The notes below the pieces were generated by a model. The model made no database searches. It was given only the letters and a program-made list of their open reading frames with translations, and was not told the DNA's origin. Below, one piece after another: positions 37,118 to 50,774 of a DNA stretch of 64,000 bases. Position 1 is the first letter of the stretch. Each line of letters opens with the position of its first letter. The stretch is from Gekko japonicus (Eukaryota). The position numbers and the translations under genes were made by a program. The stretch covers positions 575,374-639,373 of the forward strand of contig NW_015167069.1 in the NCBI RefSeq assembly GCF_001447785.1, read 5' to 3'.

Positions 37118-37496
37118 ATTTATTTATTTGATTTATATCCTGTATAGCAGGCTCAGGGTGGGTTACATCAAATTTAGTAGAAAATACAGTATACAAAAAT
37201 TAAAATAGTTTAAACACCAATAAAACACAACAGCATCATTCATCCGGTGCAAGTTATAGTTGAAGTTAAGGCCTCACAGATGCCATCTCTTTCAAGATTT
37301 GGTTCTTAGGTGGTAATGCAGTTCTAACCCACTGAGGGAAGGCCCAGTAGAGAGGGAGGGATGTCCGTCACCCTAGTTAAAAGCCTGGCAGAAGAGCTCT
37401 GTCTTGCAGGACCTGCAGAACTGTAGAAGGTCCTGCAGGGCACTGATCTCATATGGGAGCTCATTCCACCAGGTAGGGCTCATTCCACCAGGTAGG
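37118..37496 (-). mobile_element. L2 LINE 3' fragment
   Basis: Homologous to 63368-64000; small tandem duplication at the truncation point. Confidence 0.8.
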
Positions 37497-37578
37497 CTTT
37501 CTCTTTTAGGGCTTTCCCAGAGACCAAGATTGCTGGCATTGAACGTGTGGGTCTGGCCAAGGAGACTCCGGCCATTTG

Positions 37579-39443
37579 GCTGGTGTACTGTCTGCCTAAT
37601 GCACCAGCAGATGCCTTGCTACATCTGTATCGGGATGGGTGCTGGAGTACCCTAGACTACTGGTTAGCATGCAGTCAAATCTGGTTAGCATGCCGTCCAA
37701 TTAGCATGCAGTCAATATTTCAAGTTTAGTTTATTGTCTTAGCCATTGGCCATAACAACACAAAATAAATCAAAGCACAACCAACAGTATACATCAGTAA
37801 CTTACAGTAAGTCCTAGACCCAGTCTTATCTTTTTCGCCGCCAGTGCAAACAAAGCCATTCTGCTAGTAACATGTGCATCAATATCAGAGAGCAAGAAAA
37901 CGGTCAAATCCTGCTCTGAAATTCCATTATACAGAGGTACAATAGGATAAACAAACCTTTGCCTAAGTGGTTCATGCCATGAACATCTCAGAATGTAATG
38001 CACGACATCATCCACTTCACCCATACCACAGAGGCATATTCTGGAGGCGGCAGGGACACCCTGAAAGCGGCCAATACAAACCATTGAGGGTATGACGTGG
38101 AACCTTAGGGCAGTAAAAGCCCTTCTCAGCTCCAGAGTAGTTAGTTTCTCTAGATATACAGTCCTGCAATGATCTCTTTTAAAGATCTTATACAAGGGGG
38201 CTGTACGACAACTTACCAACACATGTCGGTTCAAAAGCCCATCCTTATTAAATACCCATTCCTTCAATTTAGACTTTTGGTTTTCGTTTATCAATAAGTC
38301 ATCGGGGATTGAGTAGTTAGTTTCTCTAGATATACAGTCCTGCAATGATCTCTTTTAAAGATCTTATACAAGGGGGCTGTACGACAACTTACCAACACAT
38401 GTCGGTTCAAAAGCCCATCCTTATTAAATACCCATTCCTTCAATTTAGACTTTTGGTTTTCGTTTATCAATAAGTCATCGGGGATTGAGTATTTCAGTAA
38501 AATAGAATTCAAGTGATCATCTAATCTTTTCGAGGATTTCAACAGCAATCCAAAACTTTGTACACCTAGAATATCCTGAGGTCGTTCTAAACATTTCCTC
38601 CAATACAAGAGGATTCTTACATTTGCCCTGGCTTTCAGGGATACCATACCCAGTTCAGCCCTCATCAACGCCACAGGTGAACCTTTGGGTAAGACCAAAA
38701 TCCGCCTTATAAAATAATTTTGCACAGTTTCTAGCAGGGACAGTAACGATTCGTCCCAACCCCAAATCTCTACCCCATACAGCATTGCTGGAATTATCTT
38801 GCTCATGTATAATTTAACAACCGGGTCGATCATACCTCCACCCCTAGAGAAGTAAAACTTCAACAAAGCCCCTAGATTGTTCATGGTAGCGGTCTTCAGT
38901 TGTGTGATATGGGGACGCCAGGAGAGGGTTTCTGAAAAGATTATACCCAGATATCTGTATGTGCTACATTGCTCAATTGGTGTACCAAGAATGCTCCAAA
39001 TGGATTTCTTGGGTCTTTTCCTAAAAACTAGCACTTTAGATTGGGCGTAGTTTATTTGCAGGGCTTCTGCCCTGCAATATTCACCCAGTTTATTAAGTAA
39101 CCTCCTCAGACCAATCTTGGTTACAGAGAGAAGAACCATGTCGTCCGCATACAAAAGGATTGGAACTTTGTATTGCCCTATGGCTGGTGGCATAAATTCA
39201 CTACCTTCCAAACTGGCAATTAGGTCGTTCAAATACAAGTTGAACAGGGTGGGAGCTAGCACACAACCCTGTTTCACTCCCTTGTGCACAGATATATCTT
39301 CCGTAAGCTGGTGTGCTGTCTGCCTAATGCACCAGCAGATGCCTTGCTACATCTGTATCGGGATGGGTGCTGGAGTACCCTAGACTACTGGTTAGCATGC
39401 AGTCAAATCTGGTTAGCATGCCGTCCAATTAGCATGCAGTCAA
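37579..39443 (+). repeat. 137-bp direct repeats (37579-37715, 39307-39443) flanking the RTEX copy
   Basis: Identical except for one A/G. Confidence 0.95.
37716..39306 (-). mobile_element. 5'-truncated RTEX-clade LINE (RT C-terminal half + CCHC finger)
   Basis: ORFs 38291-39289 (GVKQGCVLAPTLFNLY, LYADD, YRYLG) and 37794-38345 (RICLCG..DVVHYILRC); 3' end GGCC..AATAAACTAAACTTGA; no stops other than from an internal duplication frameshift. Confidence 0.85.
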
Positions 39444-40089
39444 ATCTCATGTATGTTTATTCAAAGACAGATCTCAGAGGAACCAGAGAGGATTATTCCC
39501 AAGTAAATGGTCACAGAATTTCAAGACTGAAGTCAATGAGCATCTCCATTCTTTAAAAAAGAAAAGAAAGAATCATAACTCACTCAAGTGCCTGGTAATA
39601 GGCCTATCCATGGTAATTGGTCTAGTCACCAATAATGGTGATAGGCCTAGTCACAATAATTCAGCTGGCCAAACCCACAATGCCAAATATAATAAAAGAC
39701 CTAAATGGCTACTCTGCTGTCTTGCCAAGCATTTGTGTTGGTGTGATGTGAATTCAGAATGCATTTACTATATCATTGAGCCATAACTTTGGCATGGGGG
39801 TTAAATTAACTGTGAAAAAAATCCAGAATAGAACAGGGCTGATCAATTATATCGCCTTATTTTATAGCCAGCACATGTTGTAGACAAAAATCTCATCTTA
39901 ACCCAAAGACTCCAGTTACTGTGATTGTCATATACAGCTGGGGCCAACTGTATATTTCTAAAACTCTTTTTATGCTAGTTAATAACATGTTGGTTAATGA
40001 AGGACATGGTTCAACAAAAAGTTAAGCACTATTGTCTCACTGTTTCCAAGGGGTGATCTAAGCACATACTTAATTGCCCCATTAAAATT

Positions 40090-41735
40090 TGACTCCTGGG
40101 CTGCCGGCCCCCCCACAGCTGTGCTGGCCAGGAGCCGCCTTTGCCTCCCTGTAGGAGGAGAGGCACCATGACGCAGCATAGCCGTAAATGGGGCTAGAAG
40201 GGGGCGGGACCGGAGCTCTCTTGAGCTGGTCCCTGCCTCCTTTCCTCATTCTGTGCCCTCTCGCTCAGCCTGGTAGGAACTCCTTGGCGAGCTCCTTGGG
40301 TAGGCAGGAGCGAGGAGGGCCTCAACGGAGGAGGACAGATCAGTGGCAGGCGGTGATTCCAGTGGTGGTGGATGCGCTGGAGGTAGGGGACATTCGTTTG
40401 ACTGGTGACAGGACCCTCCTTACCTTGCGGCATTCCAAAACTGATCAGCAAAGGAGGGGAACTGTGGTCACTATTGGGCTGTGTGATGACAAGGAGCTGT
40501 GCCTGGTTTCTGCTCTGGCGGCCTACCTTGCAGTGAGGAGATTGGGCACCGGTGTGTTGTTTCGGTACCAGGACAGTAGCCCATTAACCAGGCACCAATT
40601 TTGGACTGTTACTTCAGGATGGGTGATTGGCGAATTTTTGTTGGACTCTTGTTCTTTTGCTTATTGTTCTCTTGTTACAGGTTGTGTTGGCCGAGTGGGG
40701 CAGAAGTGGATCCTGATTTATGGACATAGTTATATATTTTGGGCAGCACATCGTGCCAAGCAAATGCCCATCGGCTTGCAGTTGGGGCTTAGCCAGGTGG
40801 CCATAATTTAATGGCTTGAGCGCCGTGGCTTGCAGTGGCTGGGTTTGTTACAACTGCTATTTTGGGGGAGGGTTGGACCTCCTCCTGATGTTTGTTGGTT
40901 CATTTAGGTGGCAACGACCTGGGCCTGATTAAAGGTAAGGTCCTGATTTTGCAGGCCCAGGTGGATTTTTAACTCCTTAAACGGCGGTGGCCAGGGATGG
41001 CAATCATGTGGTCCGCTATGGTGCTGCATTTGGTGTGGCGAGGGACCTGTGATCCCTTGACCATTGATAAAGCTCGCTGGAAGGCTAACCGTGAAATGTG
41101 CAGGGCACTTGATGAAGGCCTGGGCATGTATCTGCCTCATCCTGGTATATCTGCGTGTGCTCTGCACCTGTACAGGAGTGACGGCATACATCTATCTGAG
41201 CTGGGGATGGATATTTTTCTGGAGGACATATGGCAAGGGCTGCGGGGGGCTTTAGGCCTTTCCATGGGCACAAGGGTCTAAGCAGAGGCTTGACCTTTGC
41301 AGTGGCAGGATGTCATTCAGACAGATTGCGGCATGGTGACCACTGGCTTATAACCCCCTTTGGGGATCGGGGGTCTTGCCAGTACAGTCTTTGGGCCTTG
41401 CGACCCAGGGTGTGGGAAAGCAGACTGCCTACGGGATTGCCCTGGATTATCCTCCCTTTGAGCCCTGAGGCTCGGGGGTTGGAATATTCTCATCAATTAC
41501 CCACTTGCCGTGCTGGCTGGATGTGAGCCATACTCCTTTGGCTACCATCCGAGGCTGGGTGGCTCACCCTAGTCCAAATGGCAGGGGAGGGGTCTTCGGA
41601 AACTCTGGCCTTGCCATGCCACAACCTGTCCTGCCCTTGCCGTTTGTTGTTTGCTGTTGTTATTAGAATTAATAAAGTGGCCTGTTTACTACCCCAAATG
41701 ATTGTTTGTCTCTTTTTCCGGATTGGAGGGCAATC
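40090..41735 (+). mobile_element. Internally deleted Ngaro-type (DIRS order) retrotransposon
   Basis: Tyrosine-recombinase fragment (LRHSKTDQQRRG..C.VSAL..YL..LF....PLT), then an SGNH hydrolase, then a terminal region with AATAAAGTGGCC. Confidence 0.8.
40681..41280 (+). pseudogene. SGNH/GDSL hydrolase of the Ngaro element (stops and frameshift)
   Basis: Blocks GHS (40722-40730), HLGGNDL (~40901-40921) and DGIHL (~41180-41194). Confidence 0.8.
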
Positions 41736-44700
41736 AATACAACTTAACACTGCTTCACTTTGTCCACATTCTATCCATAAACATATCTCTATTCTTTCAT
41801 AATTACAGCAGGTTTCTTTACAAAATGATCTTACCATCTATCTGATGTTTAACTAAGAGATTCCATCATTCAAAGGTGATTTCCACTATTGTCTTCAATG
41901 TATCTACCTGCCTTTGTGCTAAGATGGAAATCTTTAATAAATGAGAGGAGCACTGTTGGATCAGACCAGTGGTTCATCTAGTTCACTGTCCCAAGGAGGC
42001 TAACCAGATGCTTCAGAAGGTTTACAAACTGGCAGCAAGTCAGTGTTTCCCCCAGTTAGTGCCCACCTCCAACCGGGTTTCAGAGATACACTGCCTCTGA
42101 TCACAGTGAAGTCTGTCTACAGTTCTGGGGGGATTATGTGTATATTATAATAAACCTTCCCTTCTCCTTCCTCTGAGATATTCTAGGGTTGTGTCTATAA
42201 GGCTTTAGTTCAATGGCTGTTAAAGTCACTTTTGTGAGGTAATTTTCATCATTTTTTAAGGACATTGAGACTTTTGAGGAAGGATTTTCTTCATAACTGG
42301 TTTAAATAGTCACAGGCAAAGTGAACAGGCTACAGAACAATGTAAAGTGAAATCCTTGGATGAGATAAATATATTGTTAAATGAGTTACAGCATCAGAAA
42401 GTTTTATATACAATTTTACTTACACACAGAGACCCTAAATGCCATTTAAGCATTGGAAGATATTTTTCCAGTCAGATATTTTTTCATGGAATTCACCTCG
42501 AGACAATTTGTCTATCAGACTCCCACAGTCTTGACAAACGGTTTATATCCAGTCTCCTCTTCTCTGAAGAATAGACTTAAACCAGATTATACCCACTGAT
42601 ACACAATGGTTCTAATCCACCCAGTCTGCTCCACCCTAAGGACAGACTTTTTAAATAATGTCTGTTCTCTGTCAGAATCAGACTTAAACTCCAATACATC
42701 TGGTCTCTCCAAGACTCAGACCCTAACTCTAATCTGTCTGCTCCCCTACAAAAGTTCAATTTCAAATGATCAGCTGCCTGTTCTTCCCCCAACCTTCCCT
42801 CATCACATTAAAGCAGATGGATCTGGCTGCAGCCTTCAGATCTGCTCAGGCTTCACATGGAATTGGTTGTTTGGCCTGTAGGGGCTGGGAAACCTAATGT
42901 CTGTCACAGACCTCTTTTTATTTGTCTAACAGTGCAATCCTTAGCAGGTCTACTCAGAATCCTACTGACACCTGTTTAGTAGTGCTTACTCCCAGGAAAG
43001 TGTTCTTAGGATGGCACTGTAAGTCACTTTTAAATCTAGTGGCCATCACCGTACATCCTGGCTGTGAGTTCCACAAATTATACTGTCTGAAGAAATACTG
43101 GTCATCAGTTTCAATGAGTGGAGGACCCTGAGTTCCAGTAGTTTGAATGAGGGGTGAAAGGTCTCTTTATTCACTTTCTCTATCCCGTGCATAGTTTTAG
43201 AAAGCTCTACTATGCATATTTTTTAGAAACATCTACCATGTCTGCACTTAATTGTTTATTTTCTAAACTGAAAAGCCCCAATCTCTGTACCCTTTCCAGC
43301 TTTACAGCATCCTTTCTGAGATGGGAGAACCAATTTTGATGCCGGTATTATTTCTTACTCATCATGCTTTTAAACACCTCATTGTATTTTTTTTATTTCA
43401 TTGAAATTCTATTACACAAAGATGATGCATGAAGCATAGAACAGTTTGATGGGGGGGAGCAGTCTGAGAACACAAACTGAATGCGACATTCTCAATCCAT
43501 TTTTGAACATGAGGAGGAAATGTGTATTTATTTGATCTATGGTTGAAAACAAATTGCTATCTGAATGGAGGGGTGCTTGCACATCCTTACTGTGACTTTT
43601 CTTTTTTTGTAAGTCATTTTGGGAGCACTTGTACCAAAAATAGGCCAGAAATATTTTAATAAATAAAATAAAAAACACACTACCACAATCTATGTAAATG
43701 CTATTATAAAACACTCATGTGTTTTATACTCATAAAAAACCTCATTATAAAACACTCATGAAACTCAAACATCGCCTCAAAATGATCAAAGCAATGAAAT
43801 AGCAAAGCCTGAATTATTGGGCAGATTTTAAGCAGCTTAAAAATGGCTATCACCGTGAAAAAGGAATAGTGACAAAATTTGATCCTGTTTTGCTCTAAGA
43901 ACACGAATAGTATCATAGGCACCAGACTGATAGCTAAATTTAACACTTCTCATCAAAGCACACAGCATAACTTAAAATAAGATTCTCATTATTTCAAAAG
44001 AGTTAAAGCCTTCCGTGTTGTAATTCTGAATACTAGTTCTCGAGTTCCTTCTTATGTACTACATACAAGTACATTCAGATAGCTAGTCTATTTAAATCTA
44101 TTTATCATATGTGAGTTCTAGGTTAGGGATCTCATATGTTGTAGTAGTATATTCTAGTGGTTAGACTCAGACCAGGAAGATTCATGGTTTGGATTCCCAT
44201 TCATTCTTGAAGCTCACAGAGTGACCTTGTGGTGTAGTGGGTGTTGGACAAGGCCTATAAGACCCTGGTTTGAACCCCCACAGTGCCATGGAAGCTTGTG
44301 GGGTGACACTGGGACACTCACACATGCACATAGCCTAACCTACTTGACAGAATTGCTGTGAGGATAAAATGGAGAATAAAAATGCAATAGAAAACATTAT
44401 CAGCATTAGTCTGATCTAGCTGAAACTATTTGGGAGGAACTCTACAAATCATTTGAGGCTGGTTTTATGGGAGCACATTTCTTCTTATGGGGAGTATTTT
44501 TGCAACTCGCATTAAAAGATTCAGTTGGAAACCTGTCACACTGGAGTTGCAAAGTATATGGAGATATGCAGGAAAGACTGAGCAAGAGCTGACAGGAATC
44601 GCAGGAATTCACATACATGATAATTTCACCTTCATTTCTCCATAAAAATCATTCCAATAATACTTGCTTAATGTAGAGATGAACAGATGTTATTTATTTT

Positions 44701-44999
44701 ATCCCTTCCTCCTTAATTCTGGCTTTTCTATGAGAATTTCTACAATTCATTCTAGAATGGAAGCATGTGCAGTTTGTCACAGGTTTCAGTCCTTTAGGTT
44801 GCAATGTAAGAAGTCTTTCCCAGGAGTAAATCCCATTAACTGAAATTGGACTTACTTAGTTAATCTATATATTCACATATTTCCTCTTTTACTGATATGC
44901 ACATGTGGACTGAGAAAATATTTCCCCTCCAAAAAAGTCTTAATGCAGTTCTAGATAGCATCTGTTTTGTTTATGGTGCTTTACTGATTCATGGAGGAT

Positions 45000-45230
45000 A
45001 GGTCTACCAATAGCTATTAGCTATGATAGCTAAACAGAATGTCTTTGTTAAGAAATAGTGTATCTCCAGTGATTGGTTGCTGAAAAACAACAACTGGAGG
45101 TGGCTTGGGCCACTCTACTATGCTTGTAGACTTCTTATAATTTATGTTCACCACTTTCAGAAACAGGCTGGTGGAGTAGATAGGCCATTGATCCAGCAGC
45201 ACTCGTCTTATGGTTTTGTGATGTGCTCTT
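45000..45230 (+). mobile_element. CR1 3' end, degenerate
   Basis: TTCATGGAGGATAGGTCTA..AATAGCTATTAG and TGATCCAGCAG..CTTATG tail; similar tails at 19860-19970 and 41950-42100. Confidence 0.6.
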
Positions 45231-45737
45231 ATGCATGATTTTTTTTTTTAAAAAAAACAACAATTATGATAGAACTGTATGTACAGTCACCTCAAGAATA
45301 GTCTTTTGCAATGATTTTCAAAAAGAGATACAAAGAAATGGAAGGAACTAAAAAACTGCAATCAGCTGCACATACTTGGTATAATCTATTCAGATTTAAG
45401 ACATTTGAAACAATGGAAAATAGAGGATAGTGATGGTGACTCACCATTCTTGAATCAGAAGGAGCCCAGAAAACTAAGAACAACTAGAGACCTTTCAGAG
45501 AAAATGTTCAGGGTGGGGGGGATCTAAACTCACTTATAATCAGGTAGGTTTTATCCCTGAGCATCAACCACTACCACAGAGGTGATACCATCAGATCTGC
45601 ATATCCTACCATTTCTAGCAACCTTCCATTCCTTCAGCAACTTCCTACCACCGTCAACCTCCACCTAACTGTGGAGGCTATAGCTGTTGCTGCATGCAAG
45701 CATGTGAGCTCCCCTTCCTTTCCTCATCTGTCTCCCT

Positions 45738-45952
45738 TAGGGTTGTGAAATCTGGTTGAAAAATTCCTGGAGATTTGGGGGTGGAGCCCAGGGAGGGAGG
45801 GGTTGGGACAGGAGAAGGACCTCAAAAGGTATAATGCCATAGAGTCCACCCTCCAAAACATCAATTTTCTCCAGGGGAAATGACATCTGTTGCCTGCAGA
45901 TCAGTTGTAGTTCCAGGAGATCTCCAGCCCCACCTAGACATTGGCAACACTA
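45738..45952. mobile_element. hAT MITE (TAGGGTTGCCA family)
   Basis: TIRs; TSD GTCTCCCT/ATCTCCCT. Confidence 0.8.
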
Positions 45953-46845
45953 ATCTCCCTTCCACCGTTTCAAATGCATTTGATGTATCTGGAATATTGA
46001 GTAATGGAGTCCCTAGTGAGTGTCTGATATCTTAATGTCAGACATGCCCAAGATACTGCTGAGAAGAAAATAAAGAAGTGTACCTCATATGTTCCCTGTC
46101 CACTTACATGTGGCTGCCACCACAAACTCTGCAGGAAAATTGGGGAGAAGGAGTTGAGAGGGAGGGAGGGAGAGGAGGAGTCATAAGGCTCACCTTCCTA
46201 TTGAAGGAGAGCATTACCAATTGCCAGAGTCACAGATAGGGAAGGAATAGACTTCAAAGGCTTCCTTAATGCACTGCTTCCACTTTGAAAACAAGACCAG
46301 GTAATCCAGAACTCCAAAAAAAAAAAAAAAAAAATCCAGGGAGAAATTCAGATGAGAAGAATTTCATAAGCATGCCTAAAAATGTTCTGAAGGCTTGAAT
46401 GGCCCTACTTTATAGCTGATGGCTTCTGTAGTTCTCCTGGTTGTTTAAATATGCCATGTTCAGTTCAGTCCCTCTTATGGTCTTTAGAGAAAAGCATTTC
46501 AGTCTCATCATATGCAAAAGGTCAACCAGATTATTGTCAGGGACCTCAATTAAAAGGCCATCACTATTTATATAAAGGAACTGATAAGTAAGCTTAAAAT
46601 AGCCCCCTTTTCAATTGAAATTGAGATGCATGCAACAAACCTCAGAGGATCCCAAGTCCAAGTTTTATCATTTAGCATTTCTTTTGACAGACTCCAGATT
46701 CATGTATCTTTATTTGCCTCCCACTCCTTGCTTACAATATGCATTATTTTACTTATGGCTAGCTATCATGCTTGGCCCCCAATGCAACTCACAGCTTCAT
46801 ATTTACAGCACAGCTCTCTCTCTCTGTGTGTGTGTGTGTGTGTGT

Positions 46846-47680
46846 AAAGTACCATCAAGTCACAGCTGACTTATGGTGAGTATGTGTGTACGCTCAGTAT
46901 ATACCGAGCCGAATAAATGCCCAAAAAGTACCTTATTGGTATTTTTTTGGTATTTATTCAGCTGAATACAGATCAGAGACTGAAGCAGCCATACCCAAAT
47001 AAAAGCCAATATCAATCAGCTTTTATTTGGGTGTGGCTACTCACCATGACACTGCTGTGTGTGACTCAGCAAGTTCAGAAGGCATATACAATTTAAATGC
47101 CTTCACCTCACTCCCCAAGTCATGCCTCAGCAGCAGCATGACTCCATGAGTGAAGTGAAGGCATTTAAACTTTAAATCTCTTCACTCATGGAATTGCACC
47201 ACCACTGCAGCATGACTCCACAAGTAAAGTGAAGGAATTTAAGGTTTAAATCACTTCACTTGTGAAGTTGTACCACTGCTGCGGCACAACTCGGCGAGTG
47301 AAATTCTCTATTATACCTTGTGGGGACAGTCCCCATAAGGTATAATGGAGCCAAATAAATTCAGGTTTCTCAAATATTTACCTGAATACCAGTAAAATAC
47401 TGATACTGGTATTCAGGAATATTTGGAAATACCAATATTTTTGGGTCCAATAGATCCAAATTGGGAAAGACCCAGATTTTTTTTTTTTTGCATACCGCTA
47501 ATGGCGAATGTGTAGGATTTTCATGGCAAAAGACTAACACTGAAGCCTTTACCTTCTTCTGCATAGCAACCCTGAAATTCCTTAGTGGTCTCCCATCCAA
47601 ACACTAACCAGGGCTGACCCTACTTAGCTTCTGAGATCTGACAGGGTTAGGCTAGCCTGGGCCATGCAGGTCAGGGTACA
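46846..47680 (-). mobile_element. 5S-derived SINE interrupted by a hAT-like MITE (46881-47500)
   Basis: 5S head at 47585-47680; the MITE has degenerate TAGGGTGTGCA TIRs, TSD ATGGTGAG/ATGGCGAA and internal ~75-bp hairpin repeats. Confidence 0.7.
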
Positions 47681-50600
47681 AATAGACCAAATTGGTTCCT
47701 GATGCAGGGAGTCTATGATTTGAGAGTTCAACTTCTGAGCCTTCTCAAAAAAAGGCATTAAACGGACATACATAACCTACATACATACATAAACATGTAC
47801 TATAGACTAGGGATGCCTGAGAAGCCACCAGGTGGACTCACAATCTTTTGTGGTTCATGAGAGGATAGCTGCTTTTTCAGTTCGTGGGCAGTTTGTGGGC
47901 AGCTTGATTTTGTTTGGTTTGAAATGAAACATCATTTCATAACCTGGTTCAATCATCCATGACCCTGGGAGAGAATCGATTTCACCTACTGAGCAGAAGC
48001 AAAAGTGCCTATAAGGCAGAAGGAAATTACTCTCCACCACAGCAAGGAAACAAAACTCCATCACTATAACTGCTGCACAGCCACAAAGCTGTTTAGCATG
48101 CAACTCAACTAGTGGGGAAGCATGGAGGCATGGCTCATGTATGTTTGTGACTGTGTACTCAGCAGGCAAACATTTTCTTGGCAAAGTTCTCAACATCCAC
48201 TTCCCATCTTTTATTGTTTGTATTTGGGACCTCTATCTAAATGTTATGCCATGCACTCCAAGGTAGGGTCCATACATGATTAAATGTTTTCTGTGTGTAC
48301 AACACATGCAGTAATGCAATATGTAAACATGTATGGGTCTATTCAGTTGTGCATATTCACCTGAAAGAATCCCTGTTCTAGGCCTTGGAAAATCACATTT
48401 TTTTTTCTATTTTATGTTTGGGAGATGGCCTTTTTCATATTGTACAAATGTGAATTGACATTATTTAGGGTTCAGACCTTCCTGTCAGTTACATTACTGG
48501 ATTGGGGGCTGACGAAAATTTTCTTTTATTTGCCTGCATAACAATGCATACACATGAACATTAAGGCATCATGCAGGTCACAGTCTCCTGTTCCGCATCC
48601 TGAATTACTACAGTGGTATGTATTGAACAGCTAATAACATGGGATAGTTTACAGTTTCCTAGAATATGCTCAATTGAAAGAAATAAAAAGCCTCTTGGCT
48701 TTTAAAATCAGTGGAGGGCACTGCAGGATAAACAAATGTACTGCACAGTGGGCAGAGGAGAGCCTGCAACAAGCTGTAATGGTGTGTGTGTGTGGGGGGG
48801 GGGAGGATAGGCCTTGGGCAGTGATCCTTGGTGTGTGATGAGAAATGTTACCCATAGGGCTTGTATACAGTAGGCAATGGGAAGTTCAGGGTTCCCCAAT
48901 CATGCAAAAATGGTTTCAGCAAAATACAGGAATTATTGCTAATAGTGAAATTGAACTACACATTTGAGGAATAATGCAAAACATAAGCAGCTGGCCAGAT
49001 GCTGGTCTCCTGTTTTTTGATATATAATGCATTTGCCTTGCTGTGTTAATGTTAATGTAGAGTCTGCCTTGAGAACTATTGTTTATTTAGTTTTGAGGAA
49101 TTAGAATTTCATATTCATGACTCATTGAGCTTGTGATGTCTCCATATTCTTTTTAAACATCTTTTGAACCATGTGTACACTTAATCTTTTACTCCTTATT
49201 TTGTTGCTTTAAATTCAACACATTAAAACATTTCAAAGGAGCAGTGAAAGCAGTAAAAATGGCCAATATAGTGAAGGCAAGTGCAAAAGTAATGTTGCAG
49301 TCCAGAGCAAAGGTAAGTCAATTGAAGTCAAGGGTGTAACTCTGCTTTAGGACTGCGCTGTAGAAATATAACTCAGCCAAATGCCTGGGAAATCTTTTTT
49401 TTTTTTAAAGGCTGTTGCCTAAAATTTAATACCAAACACAAGATGAGTCAGTGTGAAGATAACATTCCACAAGAAAGAATTTATGAGCTGTCTTGCTGGA
49501 TTAGAACAATAGTCCATCTGACCAGCATCATGTTCCACAAAGATGTCCCACTTTCTTCAGGTGTCCATAGAATCCATCCCCTTGGTCCAATTTCTTGAAA
49601 CCTGGATTTTCTTTGTGGGATAGGCAGCACTCACTCGGTGGAATGATATGCTAGGGGTAGGATCCACCCCACCATGTACCTTCTGAGACTGGGAGGAAAT
49701 GGGGAAAGACTTCCAGTGCTAATCCTAAATGGTGGGCAGGCACGTATGGGATATGCTATCCATAATGACATAATTAGCCCACTTTTCGTTATGGCAGTAT
49801 TGTACGTCCAGATAAATTTTAATCAGTCCTGGTTTCAGCTTCAAAAGTGTTTTTCGAGGGGGCAAAAAAGCCTTCTGGGGACTGCAAAAATGATGTTAAC
49901 ATGGAGATCCAAAGGTCTCTCAAATCAGTTCACAATATATCTAAACATCATTTTAAAATATTCCACCCTAAGAAAATAATAAGGCTGAAGGGGTTCCCCC
50001 CCCCCTCCTGCAGAAATATGACACATAGTCATGTTACTTTTAAGAGAGCTTCTGGTTGTCTATAGTTTAGATATCTACAGGAAGAAAAGTCTTTTCAGGT
50101 GAATCATTTTTATCATTTTCTAAAAGTCTTCACTGTCAAAAGCAAGTCTTTGCTGGAGACCAAGGCCATTGTGTTGAACAGATATATAGCATCTCCTGTA
50201 AGGTTCAGAACTTTGGCGAGATCAGGATTAAAAAAAAACCCTCTGTAAAATCTCAAAGGGTTTTTTTGTGTGTGTGTTTTATTTAAATCTAAATGAACAG
50301 GTTCTGTTTTTAAAGAACTTGCAGTGGGACTCCTGCAGTTTATGAAGGTTACAAAATCTATCATTTAAGAGTATTTGAATGTCAACGTTTTCTAAAGCCA
50401 AAATTTGATATAACTTATAGGGTGTAACTAAAGAACAGTGGCTAAGTTGAGACATAACAAAGTGGTTTCTTTTAGCCCTGGTTAGTTTATGAAACCAGGA
50501 TTCAGTTTACAGATTATTATTCGGTTCCTGGTTTGCTTCAGCAAATGCTGATTTTATGCTCATTGCCTTGCCTTGCCCACGGAGACGCAGTTCTAGGCTG

Positions 50601-50774
50601 TATTGCTGCAAGGGCAGTGCCAGGTAACAAGACGAGATTGGTTCATCAGGTAAAGATAGTTTGGCCTACCTGTCATTAATCAACCATGTTAGCAGAGCTG
50701 GGGAGATAAGGCCTCCAACACAGGTACAGGTACATTCTGTAACGTTTACTGCAATAACAGGATTGTAAGAAACA

